Below, piece by piece: positions 30,169-38,136 of a stretch of DNA of 64,000 bases. The number at the start of each line of letters is the position of its first letter. Position 1 is the first letter of the stretch. This stretch comes from Patulibacter sp. Its GTDB lineage: Bacteria > Actinomycetota > Thermoleophilia > Solirubrobacterales > Solirubrobacteraceae. The position numbers were made by a program, and so were the translations under genes. The stretch is from assembly GCA_047604965.1 (NCBI GenBank), contig JASGGQ010000001.1, positions 88-64,087 of the forward strand. Direction: 5' to 3'. The notes beneath the pieces are model-generated. The model was not told where the DNA came from. It saw only the letters and a list, made by a program, of their open reading frames with translations, and made no database searches.

Positions 30169-30510
30169 TCACGCTGCTTCGTAGCGCCCGTAGCCGACCT
30201 TGCGCACCGCGACATCGTCGCGCCACAGGGCGCTGTCGGCGCTGGAGCCGCTGACCGGCTCGCCAAGGCGTCGCTCGGCCTCCCGCTGCAGGTCGATGGC
30301 CCGCATGGGCATCTCGGCCTCGGCGAGGATTCGCTCAAGCAGTCGCATGACCTGCCCCGGCCGGCGAGCCTGGCGCGGGCGAGGGCTCGGACGGTCAGCG
30401 GCCTCGCCGTCCCGCACACCCTCCAGAACCGAGGTCAGGTTCGCCCACGAGCTCTTGACAGATCGGTTCGAGAGTTGTCCAGCTAGAGCCATTCGGGACA
30501 GGCCTTGCAA
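30169..30510 (-). CDS. Small hypothetical protein with a winged-helix-like C-terminus (weak HARE-HTH resemblance); start uncertain
   Basis: 113-aa track ORF with a TTG start. GC3 is good in the C-terminal ~60 codons (MRLLERILAEAEMPMRAIDLQREAERRLGEPVSGSSADSALWRDDVAVRKVGYGRYEAA) and poor in the first ~20 codons, which overlap the right-hand repeats. Alternative ATG starts lie at 30492 and 30348. Confidence 0.4.
   Translation of the reverse strand: MQGLSRMALAGQLSNRSVKSSWANLTSVLEGVRDGEAADRPSPRPRQARRPGQVMRLLERILAEAEMPMRAIDLQREAERRLGEPVSGSSADSALWRDDVAVRKVGYGRYEAA
30466..30497. repeat. Right repeats: GTTCGAGAGTTGTCC (30466..30480), 7 nt, then GCCATTCGGG (30488..30497)
   Basis: Read directly. The 10-mer is identical to 28278..28287 (tRNA 3' end plus 6 nt) and the 15-mer differs at one base from 28287..28301. 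Together they resemble a degenerate copy of the tRNA T-arm-to-3'-end segment: GGTTCGA...GCCATTCGGG. Confidence 0.8.
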
Positions 30511-30606
30511 CGCGGGGCCTTTTTCGTTGCTGCGAGACTGCCAAGTTCAGCGTCTCTGCGCGCCGCCAGCGGAGTTCGTGGCGTCAACGAGGCGGATTCG
30601 GGGTCG

Positions 30607-31215
30607 CTACTTCGCTTGGAGGATCGTCTCGAGGTGATCCAGTGGGCTGGTGGTGCGGTCCATGCGAACGTCCTCCAGCCACACGCGAAACGCGGCGAGT
30701 GTTCGGGCGACCAACAGGCGCAGTTGCCAGTCGAGGAGCGGCGGACTGGCGTCGCGCTGGCGGAGGAGGTCGGTGAGCATCCGCTCACGATCGGTGAGGT
30801 GGATCAGCGGCGAGCGGCTGGCCGCTCCCGCGTCGGTTGAGGCGACGAAGAACAGCGACAGCCGCTCCCAGTGCTCCAGAACGTACGTAGCGAGTTGCCG
30901 AAAGGCATCCCGTAGGACGCGGGCATTGTCGTCTTGCGCTGGCGCGGCTGCAATGGCCGCTTCGAGCTGCTGCGTCATCTCGATCACCGGTTCGAGCAGG
31001 AGGTCGGCCTTGGCCGGGAAGTAGCGGAAGAAGCTGCGCGGTGCCACGCCGGCGGCGTCGCAGATCTCGTCGACCGAGACGTTTGCGAAGCCGCGCTCGG
31101 CGAACAGCGCGATCCCAATCTCCGCGACTTTGGCCTTGGCCTCGGCACGTTTGCGCTCGCGTCGCGTCGGTGGCTTCGCGGATGGGCTGGGGGCGCTGTT
31201 CGAGGAAGCTCGCAT
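30607..31215 (-). CDS. TetR-family transcriptional regulator
   Basis: 202 aa after I re-set the start to the ATG at 31215. HTH: GFANVSVDEICDAAGVAPRSFFRYFPAK. It is divergent from the MFS transporter gene. Confidence 0.9.
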   Translation of the reverse strand: MRASSNSAPSPSAKPPTRRERKRAEAKAKVAEIGIALFAERGFANVSVDEICDAAGVAPRSFFRYFPAKADLLLEPVIEMTQQLEAAIAAAPAQDDNARVLRDAFRQLATYVLEHWERLSLFFVASTDAGAASRSPLIHLTDRERMLTDLLRQRDASPPLLDWQLRLLVARTLAAFRVWLEDVRMDRTTSPLDHLETILQAK

Positions 31216-31229
31216 TCGTCGCCAAAGTA

Positions 31230-31261
31230 TGGCATAGTCTGCCACTCGGCAGTATCTGCCA
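31230..31261. promoter_or_regulatory. Candidate TetR operator: imperfect 32-bp palindrome TGGCATAGTCTGCC-ACTC-GGCAGTATCTGCCA, containing the direct repeat TCTGCCACT x2
   Basis: Read directly in the 55-bp divergent intergenic region between the TetR gene and the MFS gene. Confidence 0.55.
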
Positions 31262-31270
31262 CTTTGAATC

Positions 31271-32752
31271 ATGAGCCAGACAACACGCCCCGCAACCACC
31301 AACGATGAGACAGCGCCGCCCGATCGCGACGACGGTTGGACCGCACGCCAGCGCGCCGCAGTGGCGATCACCGCAGTCTGCGGCGTGCTCGTCGCGCTGA
31401 CACAGACGCTGCTGATCCCGATGATGTCCGAGATCCAGGCAGAGCTGGGCAGCTCAAGCAGCGGCACGCAGTGGCTGCTGACCTCGACGCTGCTGGTCGC
31501 GGCGATTGCGGTGCCGGTGTTCGGCCGCCTGGGCGACATCTTCGGCAAGCGGCTGATGCTGCTGGTCGCGATCGGCGCGTTGCTGCTGGGGTCGCTGATC
31601 TGCGCCCTGGCCGGCGGCAGCTTGGCCGTGATGATCGCCGGTCGTGCGGTCACTGGTGCGTCGGCCGCAGCGATCCCGCTGGGGATCAGCGTGATCGGCT
31701 CGGTTCTGCCGGCGCACCGTGCCGGGACCGGGATCGCGCTGGTGAGCGCCACGCTCGGAGTCGGTGGAGCACTCGGCCTGCCGCTCGCTGCGCTCGTCGC
31801 CCAAAGCGCCGACTACGACGTGCTGTTTTGGATCTGCGTCGCCGGTGCCGCAGCTGCCATGGCCGGGATCCGCTGGGCGGTTGATGCCGACCCGCCGCAG
31901 GTCGACGACGGCCGAGTCGACTTCGTTGGCGCCGGATTGCTCACCCTGATCCTCGTCTGCCTGCTCCTGCCGCTTTCGCAGGCATCGAGTTGGGGGTGGG
32001 GTGATCCGCGCACGCTCGGCCTGCTGGCCGTGTCGCTGATCGCGCTCGCGGTCTTCGTGGTCGTCGAACGGCGGATGACCTCTCCGCTCGTTGATGTCGT
32101 CAGCAACGCCCGCCCGGCGCTCCTGCTCACGAACATCGCCTCGGTCTGCGTCGGATTCGCGCTGTTTGCGATGCTGATCGGGACCGCGAGCTACGTGCAG
32201 GCTCCTGAGGCCACCGGCTACGGCTTCGGCTCGACGATGCTTGCTGCCGGGTTGGCGATGGCTCCCAGTGGCATCATGATGCTCCTCCTGGCCCCGGTTT
32301 CGGCGGCGCTGTCGACGCGATATGGGCCGAAGGTCACGCTGGCGCTCGGGGCCGTGGTGATCGCGACTGGATTCGTCTTCCGGATCACGGTGATCGACCA
32401 CTTCTGGCAGATCGTCGTCGGGACCACGATCGTCGGCGCCGGGACCGGCATTGCGTACGCCGCGATGCCGAGCATGATCCTGCTCGGCGCCCGCAAGTCA
32501 GAGCTGGCGGCGGCCAACGGGTTGAACGCGCTCGCTCGCACCGTCGGCAGTTCGGTGGCGAGCGCGGTAGGTGGCACGATTTTGGCGGCGCAGACGATCA
32601 ATCTGGCGGGGGTCGATTTGCCGTCCCTGGGTGCGTACCGCACATTGTTCGCGCTCTGCGCCGGCTCGGCGCTGCTCGGCGCGGCAATCGCGTTGACCGT
32701 TCCCACTGGCCGCCGCGAAACGGCCGTTGACCTCGCGTCGCGGGCCAGCTAG
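31271..32752 (+). CDS. MFS transporter, DHA2 (EmrB/QacA-like, about 14 TMS) drug:H+ antiporter family
   Basis: 493 aa, hydrophobic throughout. MFS motif A is present (GRLGDIFGKRLMLL). The length and TM count fit the 14-TMS subfamily. It is paired with the TetR gene. Confidence 0.9.
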   Translation: MSQTTRPATTNDETAPPDRDDGWTARQRAAVAITAVCGVLVALTQTLLIPMMSEIQAELGSSSSGTQWLLTSTLLVAAIAVPVFGRLGDIFGKRLMLLVAIGALLLGSLICALAGGSLAVMIAGRAVTGASAAAIPLGISVIGSVLPAHRAGTGIALVSATLGVGGALGLPLAALVAQSADYDVLFWICVAGAAAAMAGIRWAVDADPPQVDDGRVDFVGAGLLTLILVCLLLPLSQASSWGWGDPRTLGLLAVSLIALAVFVVVERRMTSPLVDVVSNARPALLLTNIASVCVGFALFAMLIGTASYVQAPEATGYGFGSTMLAAGLAMAPSGIMMLLLAPVSAALSTRYGPKVTLALGAVVIATGFVFRITVIDHFWQIVVGTTIVGAGTGIAYAAMPSMILLGARKSELAAANGLNALARTVGSSVASAVGGTILAAQTINLAGVDLPSLGAYRTLFALCAGSALLGAAIALTVPTGRRETAVDLASRAS

Positions 32753-32789
32753 CCGGCGCTGCTCCCCGTCACCGCAGCCAATCAGTCAT

Positions 32790-34145
32790 CTAGTACTGCA
32801 CGACCGCCGCGCTGCGTGGGCCGAGCGTCAGCGACTTGACCTTCACGGTCGGCTGCGGCCACGTCGTCGATGCGAGGTTGACGCCGGCCTTCGGGAGCTT
32901 GACGCGCTTGCTGACATCGTTCGGGTTGAGTACGACGATGCCGTGCTTGAGCTTGCGCGTCAGCAGGCCGCGGCGATCGACGCGCTTGCCGACCGGCTTG
33001 CCGAGATTCGCGCTGTAGCCCGCCCAGCCGCGCCCCGGATATTGGCAGGTATCGCCGACGCTGTCGCCCGATTTGAAGGTCAATACCGCCGTCGCGAAGT
33101 TGAACGCTGCGGCGCGCGTATGCGCCTGCCACACCAGATCGCCAAGTGCCCAGGTGCCGGACGCCTGGTCGGCGTCGCCGCAGGCCGGTAGCGCCGCGAG
33201 CAGCGGGGCGCCGGCCACCGGCGTCTGGCTTTTCGTCAGATCGGCGCTGGAGGTCATCTCCCACTGCACCTTGGCCTTGCGTTGATGCAGCGCGTCGGCG
33301 AAGGTCAGCAGTCGCCGGTACGACCACGCCACCGTCGCGGCGAGCGGGTAATGCAGCCCGGGGTCGATCGCGCCGCCCTCGATGATGACCTGATCGGCGA
33401 GCCGGGCCGCGCGCACCGCCGGATCGCTTGCCTTGAGCTTTGGCTTGGCGGCGTACCCGTACTTCGTGTCGGTCCAGTGCATGTTGATCGTGAAGGTCGT
33501 GCCCTTCGGCTTGAGCTTCTTGAGCGACTTCAGCAGCGTGAGCACGCCGTTCGCCCACCGCTTCGCCGAGATCTGCATCGCCGGGGAAAAGCCGACCTTC
33601 GGATTGGTGAGCGCGTTGTCGATCCACAGGCTCGAATACCCGCACGCGTACAGGTCCAATGCGCCGCGCTCGTTGGCGTCCGGGTTGCAACTCACCTTGC
33701 CGTCGGCGCCGTACAGCCACCACCTGCGGGCCGCCGGGATCCGCAGGTCGATCGTTTGCCAATCGGTATCGACGGCGACCGGCTGTCCGTTCTGCGTCAT
33801 CCGCCACGCCTGGGTTTCGTTCATGCCGGCGGTGTTCCAGCGGTTGACGCCGGTGCCGTTGCGGTACACCGCCGTGCGGGCTTTGATCGCCCAACCGGTG
33901 ATGTACTGGCTGACTCGCGGATCGGAGTCGTGCAGCACGAGCGGGCTGGCGTTTGCGGCCAGCCACTTCTGCTCGGCGGTCATTTCCGCTGCCGACGTCT
34001 GCGGGCCTGCGGTCAAGAGGTAGCGGTCGAGCGACGGATCGACGCGGCGCGAAACGTTCATCGTTGCGGCGTCGGCGATCGACGGGACGCCGAACGCGAG
34101 CAGCAGCGCGGCCACCACGGCACCACGCAGGAAGGAGAGGGCCAT
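32790..34145 (-). CDS. Secreted glycoside-hydrolase-like (TIM-barrel/GHL-type) protein, paralog B
   Basis: I re-set the start to MALSFLRGAVVAALLLAFGVPSIADA (ATG 34145). It is colinear with the 1..1425 protein over its whole length. The family name is tentative. Confidence 0.8.
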   Translation of the reverse strand: MALSFLRGAVVAALLLAFGVPSIADAATMNVSRRVDPSLDRYLLTAGPQTSAAEMTAEQKWLAANASPLVLHDSDPRVSQYITGWAIKARTAVYRNGTGVNRWNTAGMNETQAWRMTQNGQPVAVDTDWQTIDLRIPAARRWWLYGADGKVSCNPDANERGALDLYACGYSSLWIDNALTNPKVGFSPAMQISAKRWANGVLTLLKSLKKLKPKGTTFTINMHWTDTKYGYAAKPKLKASDPAVRAARLADQVIIEGGAIDPGLHYPLAATVAWSYRRLLTFADALHQRKAKVQWEMTSSADLTKSQTPVAGAPLLAALPACGDADQASGTWALGDLVWQAHTRAAAFNFATAVLTFKSGDSVGDTCQYPGRGWAGYSANLGKPVGKRVDRRGLLTRKLKHGIVVLNPNDVSKRVKLPKAGVNLASTTWPQPTVKVKSLTLGPRSAAVVQY

Positions 34146-34313
34146 CGACGGAGCGTACCGATCGGGGAGGGCGAACCGTTCCAGTAGGCCCCAAAGCTGG
34201 CCGAAATACTGGCCTGCGGTGTCACGGCATGCGGCCACCACCGCCTGGTGTCGCATCGCCGCGTGACACGGCGTTCAGTGCGGGCGCCGCCGCGTATCGG
34301 CGATGATCGCGCG

Positions 34314-35057
34314 ATGCCCAGTACGCCGACGATCGATCTCAACGCCGATCTCGGCGAGCAGGCCGGCGACGATGCGGCACTGCTGGCGATCGTGACAAGC
34401 GCGAACATCGCCTGCGGTGCGCACGCCGGCAACGCGCAGGTCGCGGCGCAGACGGCGGCATTGGCACGCGCACGCGGCGTCGCCATCGGCGCACATCCCG
34501 GCCATCCCGACCGCCGTCACTTCGGCCGACGCCCGCACCCGATCGACCCCGACCGACTGACGCGCCTGCTTGCCGGCCAGCTCGCCGTGCTGCGCGACGC
34601 CGGGGTGCCGGTGCGCTACCTCAAGCTGCACGGCGCGCTCTACCACCAGGTCGCCGATACGCCGCCGCTGGCCGCCGCGACGGTCGCCATCGCCGCGCAG
34701 GCGCAGCTGGCGATCCTCGGCCCACCCGGCTCGGTGCTGCTTTCCCAGGCGCAGGCCGCCGGCGTTGCGGCCATCGCCGAAGGGTTCGTTGACCGTGCGT
34801 ACCGGCTCGTCGGCGGACGTCCGCAGCTGGTCCCGCGCGGCGCGGCCGGTGCGCTGCTCGGCCACGACGCGGCAGTCGCGCAAGCGGTGCAGCTCGCGAC
34901 CACCGGCAGCGTCGCCACGCCGGGCGGCCAGAGGCTCGTGATCGGCGCAGCCTCGCTCTGCCTGCATGGTGATACGCCGGGTGCCGTTGCGCTGGCCCGC
35001 GACGTACGCGCGGCGCTGGAAGCGGCGGGTGTCAAGCTGCAAGCATTCGCGCGGTGA
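34314..35057 (+). CDS. pxpA: 5-oxoprolinase subunit A (LamB/YcsF family)
   Basis: The start is MPSTPTIDLNADLGE (ATG 34314). LamB_YcsF signature DLNADLGE...ACGAHAG. Confidence 0.9.
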   Translation: MPSTPTIDLNADLGEQAGDDAALLAIVTSANIACGAHAGNAQVAAQTAALARARGVAIGAHPGHPDRRHFGRRPHPIDPDRLTRLLAGQLAVLRDAGVPVRYLKLHGALYHQVADTPPLAAATVAIAAQAQLAILGPPGSVLLSQAQAAGVAAIAEGFVDRAYRLVGGRPQLVPRGAAGALLGHDAAVAQAVQLATTGSVATPGGQRLVIGAASLCLHGDTPGAVALARDVRAALEAAGVKLQAFAR

Positions 35058-35677
35058 GCTCACTGCTGGATCTGCGACCGGCCGGCGCTCGCTCGGTGCT
35101 GGTCGAGCTGCCCGGCAACGCGAGCGTTCGCAAGCTCGCCGCCGCCGCACGCGCACAGCTCGCCGGCCTCGAAGAGGTGGTCGCCGGCCACGACACGGTC
35201 CTGCTGACGTGGGAGCCGGGCCGGTGCCCGCCGTCCGACTTGCGTGAGCGGCTCGCGCAGATTCTCGCTGGTCGGCATCGGGCGCCGGAGCCGGCCGAAT
35301 GCGAGCTGGTGGTGCGCTACGACGGCCCCGATCTGGCGTCGGTCGCCGCGCACTGCGGCCTGAGTCCTGAGGAGGTAGTCGGGCGTCACGTGGCCGCTCG
35401 CTACGAAGTGGGTTTCGTTGGCTTTGCGCCCGGCTTCGCCTATCTGTTGGGGGGCGACCCGGCGCTCCAGCCGCCGCGCCGGGAGTCTCCGCGCCCGCGC
35501 GTGCCGGCTGGCACGCTCGCAATCGCGGGGGAATACACGGCGATCTATCCGACCGCGTCGCCGGGCGGCTGGCAGCTGATCGGCCACTGCGACGCCGTGC
35601 TGTTTGATCTGTCGCGACCGCAGCCGGCGCTGCTGCCGACCGGCACGATCGTGCGGCTGCGGGCGGCGCGGACATGA
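35054..35677 (+). CDS. pxpB: 5-oxoprolinase subunit B (KipI/allophanate hydrolase subunit 1 family)
   Basis: 207 aa with FAPGFAYLLGGDPAL...TAIYPTASPGGWQLIG. 4-nt overlaps with both pxpA and pxpC. Confidence 0.9.
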   Translation: MSSLLDLRPAGARSVLVELPGNASVRKLAAAARAQLAGLEEVVAGHDTVLLTWEPGRCPPSDLRERLAQILAGRHRAPEPAECELVVRYDGPDLASVAAHCGLSPEEVVGRHVAARYEVGFVGFAPGFAYLLGGDPALQPPRRESPRPRVPAGTLAIAGEYTAIYPTASPGGWQLIGHCDAVLFDLSRPQPALLPTGTIVRLRAART

Positions 35678-36555
35678 GCGCGATCACGGTGATCGCCGGT
35701 GGTGCGCGCACGACGATCCAGGATCTCGGCCGCCCCGGATGGGCGCATCTCGGCGTGCCGGGCTGCGGTGCCGCCGACCGCGCCGCCTTCACGCTCGCCA
35801 ACCGGCTGGTCGGCAACGCCGAGGGCGCGGCGGCGCTGGAGACCACGCTCAGCGGTCCGGTGTTGCGTTTCGCGGCAGCGACGACGATTGCCCTGACCGG
35901 CGCGATCGTCGATGCCACGCTCGATCAGCGCCCGGTCGCGATGCACGCACCGACGGCCGTGCGGGCCGGGCAGCAGCTCACCGTTGGGGTGGCCAGCAGC
36001 GGCCTACGAACCTACATCGCGATCCGGGGCGGGCTCGACGCGCCGACCGTACTCGGCAGTGCCAGCAGCGATCAGCTCACCGGGATCGGCCCCGAGCCGC
36101 TGCGATCCGGCGACCGGTTGACGCTCGCCGACGCCGCGCTCGCCGCGCCGGCCGTCGATGTGGCACCGGTCGCGCCGCCGGGCGAGCCGGTCGTGCTGCC
36201 GGTACGGCTCGGGCCGCGCGAGGACTGGTTTGCGCCGGATGCCGTCACTGCCTTGCTGACGGCTACCTTTGTGGTGACCCCACAGGTCGACCGGATCGGC
36301 GCGCGGCTCGTCGGCCCGCCGCTGCCGTGGCGCACCGATCAGCCGATGCGTTCGGAAGGAGTCGTACTCGGTGCGGTGCAAGTGTCGGCCTCCGGCGAAG
36401 CGATCGTGATGCTTGCCGACCATCCAACGACCGGCGGCTACCCGGTGATCGCCGTCGTCGATGAGGCGGAGCTTGGTGCGGCGGCGCAACTGCGTCCCGG
36501 GGTGCGCGTCCGGTTCGCGGTGCCGCGTGGCGCACCGTTCGGCGCCAGCGATTGA
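35674..36555 (+). CDS. pxpC: 5-oxoprolinase subunit C (KipA/allophanate hydrolase subunit 2 family)
   Basis: 293 aa with TTIQDLGRPGWAHLGVPGCGAADRAAFTLANRLVGN...ADHPTTGGYPVIA. Confidence 0.9.
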   Translation: MSAITVIAGGARTTIQDLGRPGWAHLGVPGCGAADRAAFTLANRLVGNAEGAAALETTLSGPVLRFAAATTIALTGAIVDATLDQRPVAMHAPTAVRAGQQLTVGVASSGLRTYIAIRGGLDAPTVLGSASSDQLTGIGPEPLRSGDRLTLADAALAAPAVDVAPVAPPGEPVVLPVRLGPREDWFAPDAVTALLTATFVVTPQVDRIGARLVGPPLPWRTDQPMRSEGVVLGAVQVSASGEAIVMLADHPTTGGYPVIAVVDEAELGAAAQLRPGVRVRFAVPRGAPFGASD

Positions 36556-36844
36556 GTGCCGGTGCGCCACCTCTACGGTGTTCCGGTTGCCATCGGCGAC
36601 ACGTCGTTCGCTCAGTGCCGGTCGCGGTGGTCCGGAACTTGGCAGAAACCGAACCGTGTTTCGGACCGCGGCTCGGCACGGAACCTCGATTCCGTATGGC
36701 GGAATGGGTCGTTAGTCTGCATGTCAGGTTGTCCTGATGTTCGCGGAACGGGATCGGCGTCCGATCCAGTTCCGTGCAACGACCGCGTCCGCCAGACGGA
36801 CCGGCGGTGGGACCTCGCCACGAAGAATCCCCCGGGGGGACCTC

Positions 36845-38074
36845 ATGCTCAACGCCCGCGCGCTCGCTGACGACCACGACCAGGCGACCACCGGCCTGCG
36901 CTTCGCGCGCCCCGGGTTGCTGGCGGGCGACCCAGGCGGCAATGCGATGTTGACGATCAGCGCCGCCGAAATGATCCGCAGCTCCGGTGTCGGCCGCGAG
37001 CGGTTGCGTACGTGGGAGCGCCGCCACGGGTTCCCAATGCCGGTGCGCACTGCCAACAACGTCCGGCGGTACGACGTCGCCGACATCCGCCGCGTGATCG
37101 CCGTCAGTCGTGCCGTTGAGCGCGGAGTGCCGCTCGTCGCTGCGATCGAGCAAGTACGCGCCAGTTGCGACGCAACGCCGTCGCTGGCGAGTCTCGGGGC
37201 GGCGCTCGACCACGCGCCGACGCCCGCTATCGCGATTTCCGGCCCGGAGCCGATGACGGTGGTCTGGGCGAATGGGTCGACGCTCACCGCACCGCAGGCT
37301 CCGGCGATCGGCAGCGACCCGTTCGATGTCGCGCCGGGTTTCGGCTGTGCCGTCAAAGCGGCGATCAGGCAGTTGCTGATCGGCGATGCGGAGGAGGTCG
37401 CTGTGCTCACGCACACCGACTGGTCGGGCGCCGTCGCGACCCCGCGCCGCTCAATCGCCTGGCGGATCCCGCCGGCGGTCTGCGACGACGCCGTGGTGGT
37501 GCTGATGCAGCTGCCGGATGCGGTCGACATCGACGTGATCCCAGCTCCAGCGGCCGCAGCCGAGCCGGCCTCAGCACCGGCGGCGGATCGCTGCGTCGCC
37601 TGGGCGGCAGCGGTCCGCGATGCCTGCCGCGTCCTTCAGGACGAGCCGGGGGTCGGCAGCGCGCAACGCGCGCTCAGCGAGCTGGTGCGTGGCACCGGCA
37701 GCCTCGACGCGCTCCTGGCGATCGGCCAGCGCGGCCAACTGCGGACCGCTACCAGCGTGCGCGGCACGATGCCGGCCCAGGTGCTCAACGCCGAGGCCGC
37801 CAGCGATCTCCCGCGTGTTATCGCCGGAGGAGAGGTACATCGGCTCGGCGAGGCGTCGCCACGGCTGCTCGGTTCGCCGGAGGACGCAGAAGCGGTGTTC
37901 GTGCCGATCGTCGCCGGCGGTGAGGCGCTCGGCGCGATGGTGCTGTTCGTCTCATCTGACCTGGGCCTGCCCGAGCTCGCCGGCGAGCTGCTCGTGACGC
38001 TCGCGACGACGATCGGGACCGTGCTCCAGCGCGAACACCGCGCGACCGCAGCCGGGCAGGCGCGCGCCGCGTAA
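36845..38074 (+). CDS. MerR-type HTH regulator with sensor (PAS/GAF-like) C-terminal domains
   Basis: MerR HTH: LTISAAEMIRSSGVGRERLRTWERRHGFPMPVRTANNVRRYDVADIRRVIAV. GAF-like C-terminus: AVFVPIVAGGEALGAMVLFVSS. The start is either ATG 36845 (preceded by GGGGGGA) or ATG 36947. Confidence 0.75.
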   Translation: MLNARALADDHDQATTGLRFARPGLLAGDPGGNAMLTISAAEMIRSSGVGRERLRTWERRHGFPMPVRTANNVRRYDVADIRRVIAVSRAVERGVPLVAAIEQVRASCDATPSLASLGAALDHAPTPAIAISGPEPMTVVWANGSTLTAPQAPAIGSDPFDVAPGFGCAVKAAIRQLLIGDAEEVAVLTHTDWSGAVATPRRSIAWRIPPAVCDDAVVVLMQLPDAVDIDVIPAPAAAAEPASAPAADRCVAWAAAVRDACRVLQDEPGVGSAQRALSELVRGTGSLDALLAIGQRGQLRTATSVRGTMPAQVLNAEAASDLPRVIAGGEVHRLGEASPRLLGSPEDAEAVFVPIVAGGEALGAMVLFVSSDLGLPELAGELLVTLATTIGTVLQREHRATAAGQARAA

Positions 38075-38136
38075 TCCCGCCGTTGGTGCGGCTTTGCGAG
38101 GTCGTCAGGCGGCGGTTCCGACCTGCCGCGCGCGGC

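Larger units (their letters stand above)
28282..30497. mobile_element. Putative small integrated islet, or decayed island remnant, at the 3' end of tRNA-Phe
   Basis: It starts one nt after the tRNA and carries three minus-strand genes that are functionally unrelated to the flanking fadH and tetR/MFS genes. It is bracketed by repeated sequences (see the repeat features). I saw no integrase or recombinase, and codon GC3 is not visibly atypical. Confidence 0.4.

Noticed and set aside
28282-30510. Calling the tRNA-Phe-adjacent segment a prophage, ICE or integrative plasmid.
   Set aside because: It is only 2.2 kb, with no integrase, excisionase, replication or structural genes, and codon GC3 is not visibly different from the host. 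I kept it as a low-confidence islet or remnant.
30495-30545. AGGCC-N11-GGCCT followed by TTTTT on the plus strand, as an intrinsic terminator.
   Set aside because: The stem is only 5 bp, no plus-strand gene ends nearby, and on the minus strand the T-run would precede the stem. It is probably fortuitous or part of the islet junction.
34275-35918. A 547-aa minus-strand ORF opposite pxpA/pxpB/pxpC. Similar long antisense ORFs lie opposite fadH (26521..28167) and opposite the sulfonate genes (41319..42707, 42770..44467).
   Set aside because: All are antisense to genes with clear signatures and have Arg/Ala/Pro/Gly-dominated translations without motifs.
36600-36800. Repeated GGAAC pentamers followed about 17-19 nt later by GTT. 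These could be ECF-sigma (SigE/SigH-type GGAAC-N17-GTT) promoters upstream of the MerR-GAF gene.
   Set aside because: Most GGAAC and GTTCC copies are the two arms of hairpins, spacing to GTT is inconsistent (17-19 nt), and no ECF sigma gene is nearby. The support is too weak to call promoters.
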